DNA of 53,143 nt, from contig CAJVPI010000110.1 of the NCBI GenBank assembly GCA_910592345.1, positions 1 through 53,143 of the forward strand. Reading direction: 5' to 3'. The notes below the pieces were generated by a model, which saw only the letters and a program-made list of their open reading frames with translations, had not been told where the DNA came from and did not search any database. The stretch comes from Paraglomus brasilianum (lineage: Eukaryota). How positions within the stretch are numbered: the stretch's first letter is position 1; each line of letters begins with the position of its first letter. The position numbers and the translations under genes are program-made. This document shows, in pieces, positions 52,893 to 53,143 of this stretch.

Positions 52893-53143
52893 CCGTATTT
52901 CTCCGACACGAGCACCATGAGCTATACTAATACTCTGCGGCAATTTTGAAGGCCAAATTTTGATTTATACCTGGGTATTAGTTATGGTATCCCTCCGGTA
53001 TATATATACCCTCCTGTGATTTGTACACTTCTTCTAACAGCCAATTAAAATTTAAAAACAATAAATTTTATTAAACTATGATTATTCCCAAACATTACTG
53101 CCTCCGACTTCTTCATATTCTTCACCGTCAATACTATTGAAAT
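52893..53143. mobile_element. Possible left end of another Tc1/pogo-type element
   Basis: ta|ccgtatttctccga resembles CCGTATTT-type TIRs; no partner end within the window. Confidence 0.35.

Noticed and set aside
1..53143. tRNA/rRNA genes
   Set aside because: No cloverleaf or rRNA-like tract found by eye; tRNAscan-SE was not run.

Overview
AT-rich eukaryotic DNA with short GT-AG introns. The gene families (MATH-BTB, Crinkler-type kinase relic, Sola/Tc1/pogo debris) suggest an early-diverging fungus, probably Mucoromycota/Glomeromycotina (inference). Apparently intact spliced genes: inositol polyphosphate kinase, casein kinase I, an Acinus-like RRM protein, TatD, NTF2 (absent from the ORF track), a MATH-BTB protein, an MFS transporter, and a secreted Reeler-domain membrane protein (only reconstructable by splicing). 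The Reeler gene sits head-to-head with an intronless ferric-reductase flavocytochrome. Intergenic DNA is full of decayed Tc1, pogo, Sola-like and Ginger-like elements and MITEs. Most notable: (1) a decayed Fanzor2/TnpB RNA-guided nuclease gene split by a MITE, with a candidate omega-RNA hairpin; (2) the divergent Reeler + ferric reductase pair, resembling a split version of animal FRRS1; (3) a type I hammerhead ribozyme upstream of a retroelement-like ORF; (4) two copies of a three-way-junction RNA motif in an intron, with strand-specific G-U pairing. All calls are by eye; no searches were run.
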